Source: Candidatus Latescibacterota bacterium (GTDB taxonomy: Bacteria > Latescibacterota > UBA2968 > GCA-2709665). From it: 64,000 nt of DNA. The translations under genes and the position numbers were made by a program. The notes under the pieces are model-generated. The model had not been told where the DNA came from, did no database searches, and saw nothing but the letters and a program-made list of their open reading frames with translations. This document shows, piece by piece, positions 19,280 to 28,917 of the stretch. Position 1 is the stretch's first letter. The number at the start of each line of letters is the position of its first letter. The DNA lies in contig OZ244744.1 in NCBI GenBank assembly GCA_965219455.1, positions 2,240,001-2,304,000 on the forward strand, in the 5' to 3' direction.

Positions 19280-19699
19280 ATGATGACGGAGAATGTCGCC
19301 GGCGAGGTCGAGGGTCTTCTTGACTCACTGGAAAATGCCGTAGTCGATCGGGATTCGGATGCACTGGAAGAGATTCTGGCGGAGGATATCTGTGCGTTTT
19401 TTTCGGGAGGAGACACACCGGTACGCGGCCGGGAGGCCGTGCTCGCGACATGGATACGACACTTCGAGCGCTGGTCTGACGTGCGAATCGTGCGAAGGAC
19501 TACCGGGGTGGAAACCCGCGGAAATGTGGCCTGGGGACGCTTTCTGTGGGACGGCGAGGGCAGGGTGGGCGCGCAACGCTACAGGTTGGAAGGGGAGCGG
19601 TGGACCGTGGTTCTGCGATTCGAGAGTGGATGCTGGCGGTTCGTACAGATGCATTCGTCCATGCCGTACAGGGATTGGGAAGCGCATCGCACGGAGTGA
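19280..19699 (+). CDS. NTF2-like/SnoaL-like (DUF4440) protein
   Basis: D...L..ILAED...G...RGREA...RWTVVL....G.WRFVQMHSS. Confidence 0.75.
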   Translation: MMTENVAGEVEGLLDSLENAVVDRDSDALEEILAEDICAFFSGGDTPVRGREAVLATWIRHFERWSDVRIVRRTTGVETRGNVAWGRFLWDGEGRVGAQRYRLEGERWTVVLRFESGCWRFVQMHSSMPYRDWEAHRTE

Positions 19700-19862
19700 T
19701 TTTCCGGGGATAGTGTCCGGTGCCGGCATAAAGGATTCATGGCTTTGGGAATCCATGCATCCCTTCAGCGCCGGGAGGATGCATCTGCGCCTCACGATGC
19801 GGATTCCTTACGCCTGGACCGCAGGGTAAAGCGTCGGCGAAGACGGATTTCAAACGAGGGTC

Positions 19863-20978
19863 GTGGTGGATGGATTGCCGGAAACGATTCTGCAGTTTGG
19901 CGGAGGCAGTTTTCTCCGGGCGTTCGCGGATGTGTTCGTACACGAGGCGAATGCCCGCGGTGAATCCGTGGGGCGCGTCGTGGTGGTGCAGTCCACCGAG
20001 GGCAATCGCGCTGCGTTGCTGAACGCGCAGGGTGGACGGTATCACGTGGTCTTCAGGGGGTTGGCCGAGGGGGAAGAAATCGACAGAACACTCGCGGTTC
20101 GAAGTATCAGCCGTGCGCTGGTTGCGAAATCCGAGTGGGCTAAGGTGATGGAGGTTGCCCGGTCGCCGGCTTTACGCATGGTCATTTCCAATACGACCGA
20201 AGCGGGGTACTCGCTCGTCGACAAAGATAATCCCCACATGCCCCGTTCATTCCCCGCCCGACTGCTTTGCGTTCTCCAGGCACGTTACGAAGGTGGTCTG
20301 GCGGGTTTAACGGTGTTACCCTGTGAACTGGTAGAGCCGAATGGGGAGTTGCTGCAGGAACTGGTGCTTGCCCAGGCCGAAGCCTGGCGCCTGGATGCGG
20401 GGTTTCAGGACTGGATCCGCCGGAACGTCCGATGGGTGAATACACTGGTGGATCGAATCGTAAGCGGCAGGCCGGAAGCGCATCCGCTTCTGGCGTCTGA
20501 CGGGCTGCTGACGGCAGCGGAACCGTTTGCCCTCTGGGTGATCGAAGCAGGAGCAGGGGAACTATTCGCACACGGGTGTGTCCGGTGTGTTGACGACGTT
20601 CGACCGTATGCGTTGAGGAAGGTGCGCATTCTGAACGGAGCGCATACGGCGCTGGTGTGCAGGGCGCTTCCGTCGGGATTGCGGACGGTTCGGGAGGCGG
20701 TGGGGGATCCGGTGGTCGGGCCGTGGCTGCGGCGCCTGGTTTTCGAGGAAATCGTACCCACGCTTCGGGATGTCGTGGAAGACGCCGTGCCGTTTGCCGA
20801 ACAGGCTCTCGATCGATTCGCCAATCCCTTCCTGGATCACCGGCTCGAGGACATCGCGCTGCATCACGACGAGAAAGTAAGGGTCCGGTTGAAGCCGACC
20901 TATGAGGCGTTTCTGAAAGCATTTGGCCGGCCGCCGGATTTGCTGGGAAACATACTCGCTCGAGAAGCGTGGCGATGA
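19863..20978 (+). CDS. Altronate (tagaturonate) oxidoreductase-like protein, mannitol dehydrogenase family
   Basis: LPETILQFGGG.FLRAF, ISNTTEAG, PCEL, NTLVDRIV, KVRILNGAHT, RFANPF. Confidence 0.85.
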   Translation: MVDGLPETILQFGGGSFLRAFADVFVHEANARGESVGRVVVVQSTEGNRAALLNAQGGRYHVVFRGLAEGEEIDRTLAVRSISRALVAKSEWAKVMEVARSPALRMVISNTTEAGYSLVDKDNPHMPRSFPARLLCVLQARYEGGLAGLTVLPCELVEPNGELLQELVLAQAEAWRLDAGFQDWIRRNVRWVNTLVDRIVSGRPEAHPLLASDGLLTAAEPFALWVIEAGAGELFAHGCVRCVDDVRPYALRKVRILNGAHTALVCRALPSGLRTVREAVGDPVVGPWLRRLVFEEIVPTLRDVVEDAVPFAEQALDRFANPFLDHRLEDIALHHDEKVRVRLKPTYEAFLKAFGRPPDLLGNILAREAWR

Positions 20979-21220
20979 CGTCTACAAAAAATCGCCGATA
21001 TCCGATTCCCGCCGGAATGGGTCGGTACGAAGAAACGATTCAACGCAGCCGGTTCATTACTACATTGACCCATGCGCAGACAGTGGGTGCGGCGAAATCC
21101 TTCGTGGCGCGAATGCGCGCGGAGTTTCCGGACGCAAGCCACAATTGCTGGGCCTATCTGCTCGGGCCGCCGGGGGTCTCTATGACAAATGCCCAGGTCA
21201 AGGGAGGTGTGGATGGATAA
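20975..21220 (+). pseudogene. yigZ: Truncated YigZ/IMPACT family protein
   Basis: I.RSRFIT...A..F...R.EFPDASHNCWAY..GPPG, then similarity is lost before the SDDGEP motif. Confidence 0.72.
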
Positions 21221-22442
21221 AGCAGCACTGTTGGGCGGAACACCCGTCCGATCCGAACCGTTTCCGTCCTGGCCGCAGTCGGACGGGCGCGACCTGGATT
21301 ATCTGAGCGAGGTACTGGATACCAGTCTTTGGGGAGGCACCATTCATGGCCCGAGGGTGACGGCGTTCTGCGATGCATTCGCACAGTATTCGGACGCACG
21401 GCATGGCGTGGGGATGGGCAGCTGTACGGCCGGGCTGGAGTTGTCCCTGCGGGCATTTGGCGTTGGACCGGGAGACGAAGTGATCGTCCCTGCCTACACC
21501 TTCATTGCAACGGCGCTGGCGCCGCTTGCGATAGGCGCGGATATTGTTTTCGTGGACATCGATCCCCGGACGTTCTGCGCAACGTCGGAGACGATGGAAA
21601 GGGCCATATCCTCGCGTACGAAAGCGGTGATTCCCGTTCATTTTGCAGGACACGCCGCGGACGTGGCAGGAATTCGGACGTTGGCGGACAAGCACGGGCT
21701 GAAGGTCGTATGGGACGCGGCCCACGCGCACACATCCGGGTGGCGGGGCAGGATGCTGGGCGGTCCGGGCGACGTGGCGGTCTACAGTTTCAACCACGCA
21801 AAGAATCTGACGTGCGGCGAGGGAGGGATTGTGACCACGAACGACGAAGGGCTCGCGGATTTTCTGAAGTACACACTCTCCACGTTCGGAAGGAAAAAGG
21901 GCCGGCCCTGGTACGAACATCACCATTTGGGATTTTCGGATCCGTTGACGGAGTTCCAGGGCGCGATTCTACTGGCACAGTTCGAGCGGCTGGAGGAGCA
22001 GAGCCTTAAGCGCGAGGAGAATGCCAGGTTGCTGATTCGCGGGCTGACGGAGGTTAAAGGGATAGAACCGCCATACGTCGGTCCGGACGTCACACGCCAT
22101 GGCTGGCACGTGTTTGTCATGACCTATAACGGAGACGCGTTCAAGGGGCTACCCAAGGAGACGTTTCGCAGGGCGCTCGAAGCGGAGGGAATCCCGAACG
22201 GCGGGTATACCTATCCGTTATATGACAATCCCATGTTCAACAAAGAAACGGGCGAAGTCGCCGGAGCGCAGGGCAGGTGTCGCGTGATGCCCTGTCCGGT
22301 GAGCGAGTGGGCTTGCAGGGACGGCGTATTCAATATAGCGCAATCAGTGCTGCTGGATGACGCCGACGGCATGAACGATATTGTCACCGCCATAGAGAAG
22401 GTGAAAGCGAATGCCGACGCGCTTCTGGAGTGGAAGGAGTAA
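21213..22442 (+). CDS. DegT/DnrJ/EryC1/StrS aminotransferase
   Basis: GPGDEVIVPAYTFIATA, PVHFAG, DAAHAH, SFNHAKNLTCGEGG. Confidence 0.92.
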   Translation: MDKAALLGGTPVRSEPFPSWPQSDGRDLDYLSEVLDTSLWGGTIHGPRVTAFCDAFAQYSDARHGVGMGSCTAGLELSLRAFGVGPGDEVIVPAYTFIATALAPLAIGADIVFVDIDPRTFCATSETMERAISSRTKAVIPVHFAGHAADVAGIRTLADKHGLKVVWDAAHAHTSGWRGRMLGGPGDVAVYSFNHAKNLTCGEGGIVTTNDEGLADFLKYTLSTFGRKKGRPWYEHHHLGFSDPLTEFQGAILLAQFERLEEQSLKREENARLLIRGLTEVKGIEPPYVGPDVTRHGWHVFVMTYNGDAFKGLPKETFRRALEAEGIPNGGYTYPLYDNPMFNKETGEVAGAQGRCRVMPCPVSEWACRDGVFNIAQSVLLDDADGMNDIVTAIEKVKANADALLEWKE

Positions 22443-22445
22443 GAA

Positions 22446-23264
22446 ATGGCCGAGACGGTTGCACTGACGTTGTCCCAGCGGTATCATTTCGACACATACG
22501 GTTACGTATTGCTGGAAGACGCGTTGACGCAGGGCGAGGTAGCGCGCATGAAGGCGGCGCTTTACCGGCTGAAAGCCGATCCCGAATCGGCGGCACCGCG
22601 CGTGTACGTGCGCCCGAGGGACGATCACCACGTGCTGTTTGGAAATCTGGTGGAGTACGACCCTGCTTTGCTGGAATACGCGGCCCATCCCGGGCTGGTT
22701 CCTCTGGTGGAAGAGGTGGTGGGCGGGGCGGTTCGACTGGAGGAGACGGAAGCGATTATCAATCGGCGGGATTCGAAGACGGATCTGGATCAACTTCGGA
22801 AACGCCGGACCAATCCTACGGGTTTTCACAGGGGAACTACGGCGACCTGGGGTTGTTATACGGAGCAGGATCGGTTTCACTGTATCTTTGTAAAGACGCT
22901 CGCTTATCTGACGGACGTGGGTCCGGATGACGGAGGCACCTGCCTGATTCCCGGCAGCCACCGGTTGACGTGGCCCCGCGAAGAGATGATTCGGGCGGCC
23001 ATGGACGACGAGAGGCTGATCCATCAGGTCGAAGCCAGGGCCGGTTCGGTACTCTTGTTCGGGGAGTCGCTGATTCACAGCACCACGGCCATCAGGAGCG
23101 ATAGGGAGCGGGTGATTCTGGTTGCGGGATACACGCCGCCGATGCTCCGGGAGTGGATGGGCAACGAAGTGAGCCCCGGATTTGTCGCGACCCTGCCCCA
23201 AGAGATGCGGCCGCTGATTTCGGGCAGCGACAGCTGGAACTGGCGGCGGAACTATACACAGTAG
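22446..23264 (+). CDS. Phytanoyl-CoA dioxygenase (PhyH) family protein
   Basis: FDTYGYVLLEDAL, YLTDVGPDDGGT.LIPGSH, AGSVLLF.ESLIH. Confidence 0.85.
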   Translation: MAETVALTLSQRYHFDTYGYVLLEDALTQGEVARMKAALYRLKADPESAAPRVYVRPRDDHHVLFGNLVEYDPALLEYAAHPGLVPLVEEVVGGAVRLEETEAIINRRDSKTDLDQLRKRRTNPTGFHRGTTATWGCYTEQDRFHCIFVKTLAYLTDVGPDDGGTCLIPGSHRLTWPREEMIRAAMDDERLIHQVEARAGSVLLFGESLIHSTTAIRSDRERVILVAGYTPPMLREWMGNEVSPGFVATLPQEMRPLISGSDSWNWRRNYTQ

Positions 23265-23291
23265 AATCAATTCTTGCGAGGAGTTCTCTCA

Positions 23292-24035
23292 ATGGCGGAC
23301 TTGCGTGTATTTGTCGGAGATCTGACCCGATCAGAGTTTCGGAAGCGGATGGAGTCGGGTGTGATCGAGGCGGGGATTGTGCCGATCGGCGCCACGGAGC
23401 AACACAACGAACACCTGGAGATGATTCACGATGCATTTCACGTGAGTCACGTCGCGGAACAGGCCGCCAGGCGGCTTCATCCGCAGGTCGTGGTGGCGTC
23501 TCCGGTTAGCATCGGCGTCTCGGAGCAATGGATGGAACATATCGGAACGCTGACGGTCCGGCCGGAGATTTTTTGCGAGTACGTTTACGACGTGTGTGAT
23601 TCACTCAGACGGGCGGGTGTTCGGAATATTCTGATTCTGAATGGCCATGGGGGTAACGTGAAACCGCTTATGCGCCGTATTGACGAGTACCGGGAACGGC
23701 TGGGTCTGAATCTCCGGTTTCAATCATACTGGGATGTGTACGATCCCGCGCTGGTTTTTTCGACCATGGAGACCAACCGTCTTCCCGGACACGCCTGTGA
23801 ATACGAAACCTCGACGATGATGTTGCTTGCGCCGGAACGGGTGCACACGGCGGATATCGTCAATGAGGCGGCAACGCTCGCAACGAGAGAAAAAGGGGAG
23901 CTGCTAATTGAGGCGGCTGCTACGGGTGTGGCGGACCTGGTGCGCCAAATGATCGCGGGCGAACCGGTGAATAAACCTCCGGTCACGTTCGTGGATGGAC
24001 AACGCATTCATATGGTGACCGGCGACCCGGTTTAG
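23292..24035 (+). CDS. Creatininase/creatinine amidohydrolase family protein
   Basis: PIGATEQH, LNGHGGN, GHACEYETS. Confidence 0.9.
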   Translation: MADLRVFVGDLTRSEFRKRMESGVIEAGIVPIGATEQHNEHLEMIHDAFHVSHVAEQAARRLHPQVVVASPVSIGVSEQWMEHIGTLTVRPEIFCEYVYDVCDSLRRAGVRNILILNGHGGNVKPLMRRIDEYRERLGLNLRFQSYWDVYDPALVFSTMETNRLPGHACEYETSTMMLLAPERVHTADIVNEAATLATREKGELLIEAAATGVADLVRQMIAGEPVNKPPVTFVDGQRIHMVTGDPV

Positions 24036-24085
24036 GCTGGCGACCCTACGCGATGCGTATCGGCCTTCAGGCGAACCGCAAAAAA

Positions 24086-24160
24086 TGGAGCCGCCCGGGG
24101 GACTCGAACCCCCGACCTACGGATTACAAATCCGTTGCTCTACCACTGAGCTAGGGCGGC
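24086..24160 (-). tRNA. tRNA-Thr(TGT), CCA encoded
   Basis: Reverse complement GCCGCCCTAGCTCAGTGGTAGAGCAACGGATT-TGT-AATCCGTAGGTCGGGGGTTCGAGTCCCCCGGGCGGCTCCA folds as a cloverleaf. Confidence 0.96.
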
Positions 24161-24187
24161 TTGAATTCAGCACTTGACGACGGTCCG

Positions 24188-25600
24188 TCAGGACCGCTTC
24201 CAGACCGTCCCTTCGGGTGTGTCCTCCAACGAATAGCCCAATTCCGTGAACCGATCCCGAATCTCGTCCGCCCGCGCCCAATTCCTCTCCTGCCTCGCCT
24301 GGTCGCGTTCCCCGATCAACGCCTGAAGATCGTCGGGAAGTTCTTCCTCCTGGTCATCCTCCGATGGCGTATAGAACACCCCAAGAACCTGATCGATTTC
24401 GTCCAGGAAGCCGCCAATCCTGTCTGCGCCGACCCGGTCCACCCGTCCCTCTCCAAGCAGATCCTCCACGGCATTTACCATCTCAAATACGGCGCTCATC
24501 GCACGCGGTGTGTTCAGATCGTCATCCATGTGCCTGATAAACCCGTCCCGCGCCGTTTCCAACAGCGACGCGGGTTCCTCCCCGCCGTCCGTCTGTGTAA
24601 TATTGCTCAGCCTGCGCCTGAAATTGTCCAGCCTCCGCATGGTATTCCGGCCCGCGTCGAGCACTTCCCCGGAGAAATTGAACGCGGTACGATAATGGTT
24701 GCTCACGACCAGGTAGCGGAAAGCGCGGGCGTCATTTGGCGTATTCACGATATCCCGCACCGTCAGAAAATTGCCAAGGCTCTTGGACATCTTTTCGTCG
24801 TCTACGTTGATATGCGCGCCGTGCAGCCAGTAATTGACAAAGCGCCTGCCCGTTACGGCCTCGCTTTGCGCGATCTCATTCTGATGGTGCGGAAAAATCA
24901 GATCCACGGCCCCGGCGTGGATGTCGATGGTTTCCCCCAGATATTTAATCGACATGCATGAGCACTCCATGTGCCAGCCCGGCCTTCCCGTACCCAGGTC
25001 CGTTTTCCAGAACACGTCTCCGTCTTCGGATTTCCACGCCTTCCACAACACGAAGTCGCGCGCATCTGCCTTGTCATATTTATCCGTATCCACACCGCTG
25101 GCGCCTTCCTGCAATCCGGAAACGTCCAGTTGCGCCAATTCCCCGTATGAGGGAAAGCTCCGTATCGAGAAATATACGGATCCGTCGTGTACGTATGCAT
25201 GACCGTCTTCTATCATCCGCGCGATCATTTCCACCATTTCGGATATGTGGTCCGTGGCCCGCGGATAATGATCGGCCGGGAGCAGATTCAACGTTGCCAT
25301 ATCCTCGAAGAAGGCGGCCGTATACCGATCGGTGAGTTCCTTTAGCGTTGTCTTCTCGTCGCGCACTTTCCCGATAATATTGTCGTCCACGTCCGTTATG
25401 TTCATCACATGGCAAACCTGATAGCCACGATACGTCAGATAGCGTTTTATCACGTCAAAGACGACAAATGTCTTGAAATTTCCGATATGGGAATAGTCGT
25501 GAACCGTCGGCCCACAACTATAGAACGTGACCTTGCCCGGCTCGATCTCCCTGAATTCCTCTTTTTCCCGGGTCAAACTATTGTAAAAACAAATGGCCAT
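24188..25600 (-). CDS. cysS: Cysteinyl-tRNA synthetase
   Basis: CGPTV...HIGN, DFVLWK, GRPGWHMEC, FPHH.NE, KMSKS, DDLNTP. Confidence 0.96.
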   Translation of the reverse strand: MAICFYNSLTREKEEFREIEPGKVTFYSCGPTVHDYSHIGNFKTFVVFDVIKRYLTYRGYQVCHVMNITDVDDNIIGKVRDEKTTLKELTDRYTAAFFEDMATLNLLPADHYPRATDHISEMVEMIARMIEDGHAYVHDGSVYFSIRSFPSYGELAQLDVSGLQEGASGVDTDKYDKADARDFVLWKAWKSEDGDVFWKTDLGTGRPGWHMECSCMSIKYLGETIDIHAGAVDLIFPHHQNEIAQSEAVTGRRFVNYWLHGAHINVDDEKMSKSLGNFLTVRDIVNTPNDARAFRYLVVSNHYRTAFNFSGEVLDAGRNTMRRLDNFRRRLSNITQTDGGEEPASLLETARDGFIRHMDDDLNTPRAMSAVFEMVNAVEDLLGEGRVDRVGADRIGGFLDEIDQVLGVFYTPSEDDQEEELPDDLQALIGERDQARQERNWARADEIRDRFTELGYSLEDTPEGTVWKRS

Positions 25601-25645
25601 TGACGGTTCCCCTGTTGCAGCGTTCCAATACCCCATCGCACGTGG

Positions 25646-26749
25646 CTATACGGATGTCTTCAGCCGCTGCTGCCGCCGGTGCCGTTCAAACGCGAGCTGA
25701 ATCAGGCGATCGACCAGTTCCGTGTACGATATCCCGCTCGCCTCCCAGAGTTTCGGATACATGCTGATCCGTGTAAAGCCGGGAATGGTGTTGATTTCGT
25801 TGATCAGCACCTCGTCTTCTCCGTGTAAAAAGTAATCCACGCGCGCCATTCCCTCACAGCATAACACCTTGTAGGCCCGGATTGCCAGCGCCTGGACCGA
25901 GCGTACAATCGCCTCGGGAAGATCTGCAGGAATCGCCAGTCCGGCTCCGTTTTCGTCGATATATTTCGCTTCGTAGGTGTAGAATTCGCTATGCGGAATA
26001 ATCTCTCCTGGAACGGATGCGATCGGATCGTCGTTGCCCAGCACGGAACACTCGATCTCACGGCCGGCCGCGTTTGACTCAATCAGGATCTTGTGGTCGT
26101 ACTGAAACGCAAGTTCGAGCGCATCGGCAAACGTATCCCGCCCGTCCACCCGGCTCACGCCCACCGACGAACCCAGATTGGCCGGCTTTACAAATACGGG
26201 CAATCCCAGCCGGTTCACAACCGCATCGAAATCAATTTCCACACCGGACCGGGAAAATGACAGAAAATCAGGGGTCGGAATGCCTGCCTCCCGCAGCAGG
26301 CGTTTCATGACGTCTTTATCCATCGCCACCGCCGAACCCAGGACACCGGCGCCCACGAAAGGAATATCGGCCAGTTTCAACATCCCCTGAATGGTACCGT
26401 CCTCTCCGAATGGCCCGTGCAGAACGGGAAACACGACATCCAGCGCTTCCAGCCGCTGATGATCGGAAGAACGAACGAGATGCGCACCGCCGGTGTCCTG
26501 CGGCACCAGCGTCACTCCGACGTCCGTGTCCCTTACCATCAGCTCAGGGAGCGCCGACCCCGCAGCCTCGACATACAGATGAGACGGTGTGCCCAGGTGC
26601 CACTGCCCTCCCCTGTCGATTCCGATCAATACCACTTCGTATTTGCTCTTGTCAATCGCCTCTACGACGTTTTTGGCGGACTCCAGCGACACTTCGTGCT
26701 CGGCTGACTTCCCGCCGAAAAGTACGCCGACGCGAATCTTTTTACCCAT
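25646..26749 (-). CDS. ddl: D-alanine--D-alanine ligase
   Basis: GGKSAEHEVSL, HGPFGEDG, KPANLGSSVG, YTYEAKY, NEINTIPGFT..SMYP. Confidence 0.95.
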   Translation of the reverse strand: MGKKIRVGVLFGGKSAEHEVSLESAKNVVEAIDKSKYEVVLIGIDRGGQWHLGTPSHLYVEAAGSALPELMVRDTDVGVTLVPQDTGGAHLVRSSDHQRLEALDVVFPVLHGPFGEDGTIQGMLKLADIPFVGAGVLGSAVAMDKDVMKRLLREAGIPTPDFLSFSRSGVEIDFDAVVNRLGLPVFVKPANLGSSVGVSRVDGRDTFADALELAFQYDHKILIESNAAGREIECSVLGNDDPIASVPGEIIPHSEFYTYEAKYIDENGAGLAIPADLPEAIVRSVQALAIRAYKVLCCEGMARVDYFLHGEDEVLINEINTIPGFTRISMYPKLWEASGISYTELVDRLIQLAFERHRRQQRLKTSV

Positions 26750-26805
26750 CGACGTTACCCCAGGTGAAAACTGGCGCCTGTCGCGCCTTTATTCGGTCAG
26801 TCCAT

Positions 26806-27507
26806 TCAATGCGGGGGGCCGTCAGGACGCCCGATATCAGGTGGTGTTGAATCCCCGGAATCGTCTGAATCTCTCCGGACCTTCATTCTCCACCACAGCC
26901 AGTACCCGATTCCGCCGGCCACCATCAGTACGAGAATCACCCGATTATAAGCCCGCAGTACATCGACCACCAGCCCCCAGTTTTCGCCCACCTTCAGCCC
27001 GAAATACACCAGCAGGCTGTTCCACAGAATCGTGCTCAGGACGACATAGCCCAACATCCGAAGCGGATGAATGCGGCTGATCCCGGCCCCGATCCCGACA
27101 AATGCCCGCACGGTAGGCAAAAACCGGTTGAAGATCACAATCCGATCGCCATACCGCGAAAAACCCGCCTCCACGCGGTTCAGATTTTTCTCTGAAAAAA
27201 TCCGGGAATTGAAACTCAGGATAAATGCACGCCCTTTCCAGTACGCCACCGCGTAAACCAGCAGACATCCCATTGTGCTGCCCAGCCACATTGCCACATA
27301 TGCCGGCACCAACCGGACAATGCCCATCCCGGCGAGATAGGCGCCAAAGACGATTAGGGTATCTCCCGGAAGGGGCGGTATCAAATTCTCCATAAAGGCG
27401 CCGAGAAACAAAAAAAAACAGATCAATTCCGGTGGCTGATCGCCCAGAAACAGCAGAAACTGCTCCCATGCCCCCGACAAAAACACAAGATCGAACGAAA
27501 AATCCAA
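26806..27507 (-). CDS. DedA family membrane protein
   Basis: EN.IPPLPGD, F.RYG, RFLP.VR, AG.SR. Confidence 0.88.
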   Translation of the reverse strand: MDFSFDLVFLSGAWEQFLLFLGDQPPELICFFLFLGAFMENLIPPLPGDTLIVFGAYLAGMGIVRLVPAYVAMWLGSTMGCLLVYAVAYWKGRAFILSFNSRIFSEKNLNRVEAGFSRYGDRIVIFNRFLPTVRAFVGIGAGISRIHPLRMLGYVVLSTILWNSLLVYFGLKVGENWGLVVDVLRAYNRVILVLMVAGGIGYWLWWRMKVRRDSDDSGDSTPPDIGRPDGPPH

Positions 27508-27557
27508 CCGCCCCCCTTAATCCCGGTTTCCGTTTCCCGGGTCATGGACCGCTGCCC

Positions 27558-27726
27558 TTAGCAGCCCGTTGAAAAAGCCCATCCGGGCTGCTGCCTGCCC
27601 TTGTGGCCGAATTACTGCGTTGCGCTCCCTCCCCGAATCCCCCGATTCGACTCGGTCGCGTGCCTTGTCTTCGGCCACAACGACTCGGCCGCGCCTTCTC
27701 ACGGCGCACTATCAACGGACTGTTAG
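27558..27726. mobile_element. MITE family A, full copy overlapping the last codons of ispDF
   Basis: TTAGCAGCCCGTTGAAAAAG ... ATCAACGGACTGTTAG. Confidence 0.85.
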
Positions 27727-28917
27727 CGCAACCAGCGCGACAGCCTGCGCCGCGATTCCCTCTTCTGTCCCTACAAATCCCAGGCCCTCGGTGGTCGTTG
27801 CCTTTATCGACATCCGATCCTTCCCGATTCCAAGCGACCCTGCCATTTTTGCCCGCATATCTGAAATGTACGGCGCAAGCTTCGGGCGCTGCGCAATCAC
27901 GGTCGCGTCCACGTTTATGATTTCGGCGGCGGTTTCGCGGGCCAGCGCCGACACCCGCTCCAGCAGAATCAGACTGGAAATACCGGCATAGGCCGGATCG
28001 GCATCGGGAAAATGCCTGCCGATATCGCCCCGACCCATCGCGCCGAGAATGGCATCCGCAACCGCATGGGAAAGCACATCGGCGTCGGAGTGCCCCTGCA
28101 GACCCCGTTCGAACGGAACCGTCACCCCGCCCAGAATCAACGGACGGCCCGAAACCAGCCGGTGTACGTCATAACCCTGTCCTGAGCGCAATTCTGATGG
28201 CACACTCCCTGTTCTGGATCTCAAAATCGATTCAGCCATCGCCAGATCTTCCGGCGCCGTGATTTTCAGATTGTCCTCCCGGCCCGTCACGACGTATACC
28301 GGCGCCTTCAGGTGCTCAACAAGCGACGTGTCGTCCGTGCCCACGTACCCACGTCGGGCGGCCGCTTCATGCGCCCGTCGCAATATTGGCGCGTGAAACG
28401 CCTGGGGGGTTTGGACGCGCCACAACCGTGACCGGTCCAGCGTACGCAACACACGCCCGTTTTCGATCTCCTTGACCGTATCCGTTATGGGCGTACCCAG
28501 CACCGCCGCGCCCTTCTGCCGGGTCAGATCGATGACAGCGTCGATCTGCTCCGGCAGAATCAATGGCCGCGCCCCATCATGGATCGCAATGACACCGGCG
28601 GTGTCCGGTACCGCCCGAAGTCCCTCCGCAACAGAATCCTGGCGCCGCGCCCCTCCCGTCACCACGGACGTTACCTTCCGTATGCCCCACCCTCGAACAA
28701 CCTCCCGGCATCGATCCACGCTATCCGCCAGCGTGACAAGCACCACGCGGTCGACCTGATTTGCGCGCTCGAAGGCCGTCAGCGCATGGAAAAGCATGGG
28801 TCGCCCGGCCAAGCGCATGAACTGCTTGGGCAGGTCGCTCCCCATCCGACGGCCGGAGCCGGCGGCAAGCAAAATTGCGTATACCATAGAAACCGACGAA
28901 TCTTCAACACGGTTCAC
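27712..28917 (-). CDS. ispDF: Bifunctional IspD/IspF
   Basis: AAGSGRRM...PKQ, RQDSV, HDGARP, QTPQ; GQGYDVH, GHSDADV, DIG.HF, KATTTEGLGF. Confidence 0.95.
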   Translation of the reverse strand: MNRVEDSSVSMVYAILLAAGSGRRMGSDLPKQFMRLAGRPMLFHALTAFERANQVDRVVLVTLADSVDRCREVVRGWGIRKVTSVVTGGARRQDSVAEGLRAVPDTAGVIAIHDGARPLILPEQIDAVIDLTRQKGAAVLGTPITDTVKEIENGRVLRTLDRSRLWRVQTPQAFHAPILRRAHEAAARRGYVGTDDTSLVEHLKAPVYVVTGREDNLKITAPEDLAMAESILRSRTGSVPSELRSGQGYDVHRLVSGRPLILGGVTVPFERGLQGHSDADVLSHAVADAILGAMGRGDIGRHFPDADPAYAGISSLILLERVSALARETAAEIINVDATVIAQRPKLAPYISDMRAKMAGSLGIGKDRMSIKATTTEGLGFVGTEEGIAAQAVALVALTVR

